Shown here one piece after another: positions 61,038 through 64,000 of a stretch of 64,000 bases of DNA. How positions within the stretch are numbered: position 1 is the stretch's first letter; every line of letters begins with the position of its first letter. The stretch spans positions 310,001 through 374,000 of the forward strand of contig NIVC01000036.1 in the NCBI GenBank assembly GCA_002269645.1, given 5' to 3'. The stretch comes from Macrostomum lignano. Its lineage: Eukaryota. Below the pieces are notes generated by a model. That model did not search any database. It was not told where the DNA came from and was given only the letters and a program-made list of their open reading frames with translations. The position numbers and the translations under genes are program-made.

Positions 61038-61055
61038 CTGTGGACAGGTGGGGAA

Positions 61056-61520
61056 GGGCGATTCTCAAGGTCGCGGTAGGGCGATTCTCAAGGTCGCGGT
61101 AGGGCGATTCTCAAGGTCGCGGTAGGGCGATTCTCAAGGGTGCAGTAGGGCGATTCTCAAGGGTGCAGTAGGGCGATTCTCAAGGGTGCAGTAGGGCGAT
61201 TCTCAAGGGTGCAGTAGGGCGATTCTCAAGGGTGCAGTAGGGCGATTCTCAAGGGTGCAGTAGGGCGATTCTCAAGGGTGCAGTAGGGCGATTCTCAAGG
61301 GTGCAGTAGGGCGATTCTCAAGGGTGCAGTAGGGCGATTCTCAAGGGTGCAGTAGGGCGATTCTCAAGGGTGCAGTAGGGCGATTCTCAAGGGTGCAGTA
61401 GGGCGATTCTCAAGGGTGCAGTAGGGCGATTTTCAAGGTCGGGGAAGGACGATTCTCAAGGTCGGGAAAAGGAGAGGGCGATTTTCAAGTTCGGGAAAAA
61501 GGGAAGGGCGATTCTCAAGG
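61056..61520. repeat. 23-bp minisatellite GGGCGATTCTCAAGGGTGCAGTA filling KLHDC4 intron 1
   Basis: Direct. Confidence 0.95.
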
Positions 61521-61558
61521 TCGCGGAAGCGCGATTTTCGGAGAGAAGGTAATCTCAC

Positions 61559-61972
61559 CTGATGCGCACACCTAGGCGTTGGCAAAGTGCCGCCACCCAG
61601 TCGAATCCATCGGTTTTCAACCGGCCTATAGACCAGATGCTCATTGAGCACTTTCAGCCTCCCAGTCTCCGGCAGCCGCTGCTCTCCACCGAACAGGTAA
61701 ATCTCTGATCGGCGAGAATTCGCAGTCCAACTGAAATTACTTCTAGGCGAAGGGCGAAACTCGCTGTCGCCGTTGGCAGGTTCGGTTAGCTCCATCAGTG
61801 GTCGCCATTTCGCAGCCTCCTCAGCTTCTAGCTGAGCTATCACAGCTGCTACATCATCTTCTCCGGCAGTTTTTGCCGCTTTCGAAGCTTTTTTAGCGGC
61901 TTTGCGTTCAGTTTTGGCGGCAGTCTTCTCCGCTCCGTGACCTTTCTTCTTGTCTTTCTTGTTCTTGCCCAT
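61559..61972 (-). CDS. KLHDC4: Kelch domain-containing protein 4, exon 1
   Basis: [22 protein letters not shown] matches the KLHDC4 N-terminus ([20 protein letters not shown]). PSPRSNFS, LFGGE and PRCAHQ motifs. Donor CAG|GTGAGA, phase 0. Confidence 0.92.
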
Positions 61973-62099
61973 TTTGAGGCGTCATGTTTTAAAATTAAAA
62001 TTGCAGCGTAAATTCCTACCTGTCACTGAATCAATACGGCAATGTTTTCTAGGAATATACAGGCCTATACACTAGAATTCCACCCATCATATACTATGG

Positions 62100-64000
62100 A
62101 ACTTTAGAATCTCACCCATAGATTATAGGACTCTAGAATCTCACCCACTAAATTATAGGACTCTAGAATCTCACCCACTAAATTATAGGACTCTAGAATC
62201 TCATCCATAGATTATAGGACTCTAGAATCTCACCCACTAAATTATAGGACTCTAGAATCTCACCCACTAGATTATAGGACTCTAGAATCTCACCCGCTAG
62301 ATTATAGGACTCTAGAATCTCACCCACTAAATTATAGGACTCTAGAATCTCATCGATAGATTGTAGGACTCTAGAATCTCACCCACTAAATTATAGGACT
62401 CTAGAATCTCACCCACTAGATTATAGGACTCTAGAATCTCACTCTCTGAATTATAGGACTCTAGAATCTCACCCACTAGATTATAGGACTCTAGAATCTC
62501 ACCCGCTAGATTATAGGACTCTAGAATCTCACCCACTAAAATATAGGACTCTAGAATCTCATCGATAGATTATAGGACTCTAGAATCTCACCCATAGATT
62601 ATAGGGACTCTAGAATCTCACCCGCTAGATTATAGGACTCTAGAATCTCACCCATAGATTATAGGGACTCTAGAATCTCACCCGCTAGATTATAGGACTC
62701 TAGAATCTCACCCATAGATTATAGGACTCTAGAATCTCACCCATAGATTATAGGACTCTAGAATCTCACCCATAGATTATAGGGACTCTAGAATCTCACC
62801 CATAGATTATAGGGACTCTAGAATCTCACCCACTAAATTATGGGACTCTAGAATCTCACCCATAGATTATAGGACTCCAGAATCTCACCCGCTAGATTAT
62901 AGGACTCTAGAATCTCACCCGCTAGATTATAGGACTCTAGAATCTCACCCGCTTGATTATAGGACTCTAGAATCTCACTCATAGATTATAGGGACTCTAG
63001 AATCTCACCCATAGATTATAGGACTCTAGAATCTCACCCGCTAGATTATAGGACTCTAGAATCTCACCCATAGATTATAGGACTCTAGAATCTCACCCAC
63101 TAGATTATAGGACTCTAGAATCTCACCCACTAGATTATAGGACTCTAGTATCTCACCCACTAGATTATAGGACTCTAGAATCTCACCCACTAGATTATAG
63201 GACTCTAGAATCCCCCCCACTAGATTAAAGGGACTCTAGAATCTCACCCATAGATTATAGGACTCTAGAATCTCACCCACTAGATTATAGGACTCTAGAA
63301 TCTCACCCATAGATTATAGGGACTCTAGAATCTCACCCATAGATTATTGGGACTCTAGAATCTCACCCGCTAGATTATAGGACTCTAGAATCTCACCCAT
63401 AGATTATAGGACTCTAGAATCTCACCCATAGATTATAGGACTCTAGAATCTCACCCATAGATTATAGGGACTCTAGAATCTCACCCATAGATTATAGGGA
63501 CTCTAGAATCTCACCCACTAAATTATGGGACTCTAGAATCTCACCCATAGATTATAGGACTCTAGAATCTCACCCGCTAGATTATAGGACTCTAGAATCT
63601 CACCCGCTAGATTATAGAACTCTAGAATCTCACCCATAGATTATAGGGACTCTAGAATCTCACCCATAGATTATAGGGACTCTAGAATCTCACCCACTAA
63701 ATTATGGGACTCTAGAATCTCACCCGCTAGATTATAGAACTCTAGAATCTCACCCATAGATTATAGGGACTCTAGAATCTCACCCATAGATTATAGGGAC
63801 TCTAGAATCTCACTCTCTGAATTATAGGACTCTAGAATCTCACCCACTAGATTATAGGACTCTAGAATCCCCCCCACTAGATTAAAGGGACTCTAGAATC
63901 TCACCCATAGATTATAGGACTCTAGAATCTCACTCACTAGATTATAGGACTCTAGAATCTCACCCACTAGATTATAGGACTCTAGTATCTCACCCACTAG
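62100..64000. repeat. About 30-bp minisatellite GACTCTAGAATCTCACCCACTAGATTATAG, more than 60 copies (truncated by the window edge), upstream of KLHDC4
   Basis: Direct. Confidence 0.97.

Overview
This is eukaryotic (metazoan) genomic DNA, not prokaryotic. GC-rich exons sit among about 40 unrelated micro- and minisatellite arrays that fill most introns and intergenic gaps. The style suggests a repeat-rich free-living flatworm such as Macrostomum, but that assignment is inference only. Most long ORFs in the supplied track are repeat artefacts. I assembled gene models by hand from GT-AG sites with exact phase checks. They are: an intronless divergent AAA+ ATPase (+, 2617-3711); a compact 2-exon ataxin-1/AXH gene (-, 15781-11045); an orphan secreted protein (+, 26045-26497, possibly continuing at 29307-29618); a 5-exon, about 1082-aa coiled-coil/low-complexity gene (-, 43212-31828); an intronless procollagen galactosyltransferase (COLGALT/GT25; -, 38998-37106) inside intron 2 of that gene on the same strand; a 4-exon MANSC-domain mucin-like membrane protein (-, 52285-46293); and 3-exon KLHDC4 (-, 61972-54676). 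Three observations stand out. (1) Eight RFX X-box consensus matches plus a palindromic ninth lie inside the first coding exon of the coiled-coil gene, five of them amplified by a coding 45-bp repeat. (2) COLGALT is nested on the same strand as its host. (3) A KLHDC4 intronic array repeats the exon end plus the 5' splice site 14 times. I found no rRNA, tRNA, CRISPR array or intact transposase/reverse transcriptase.
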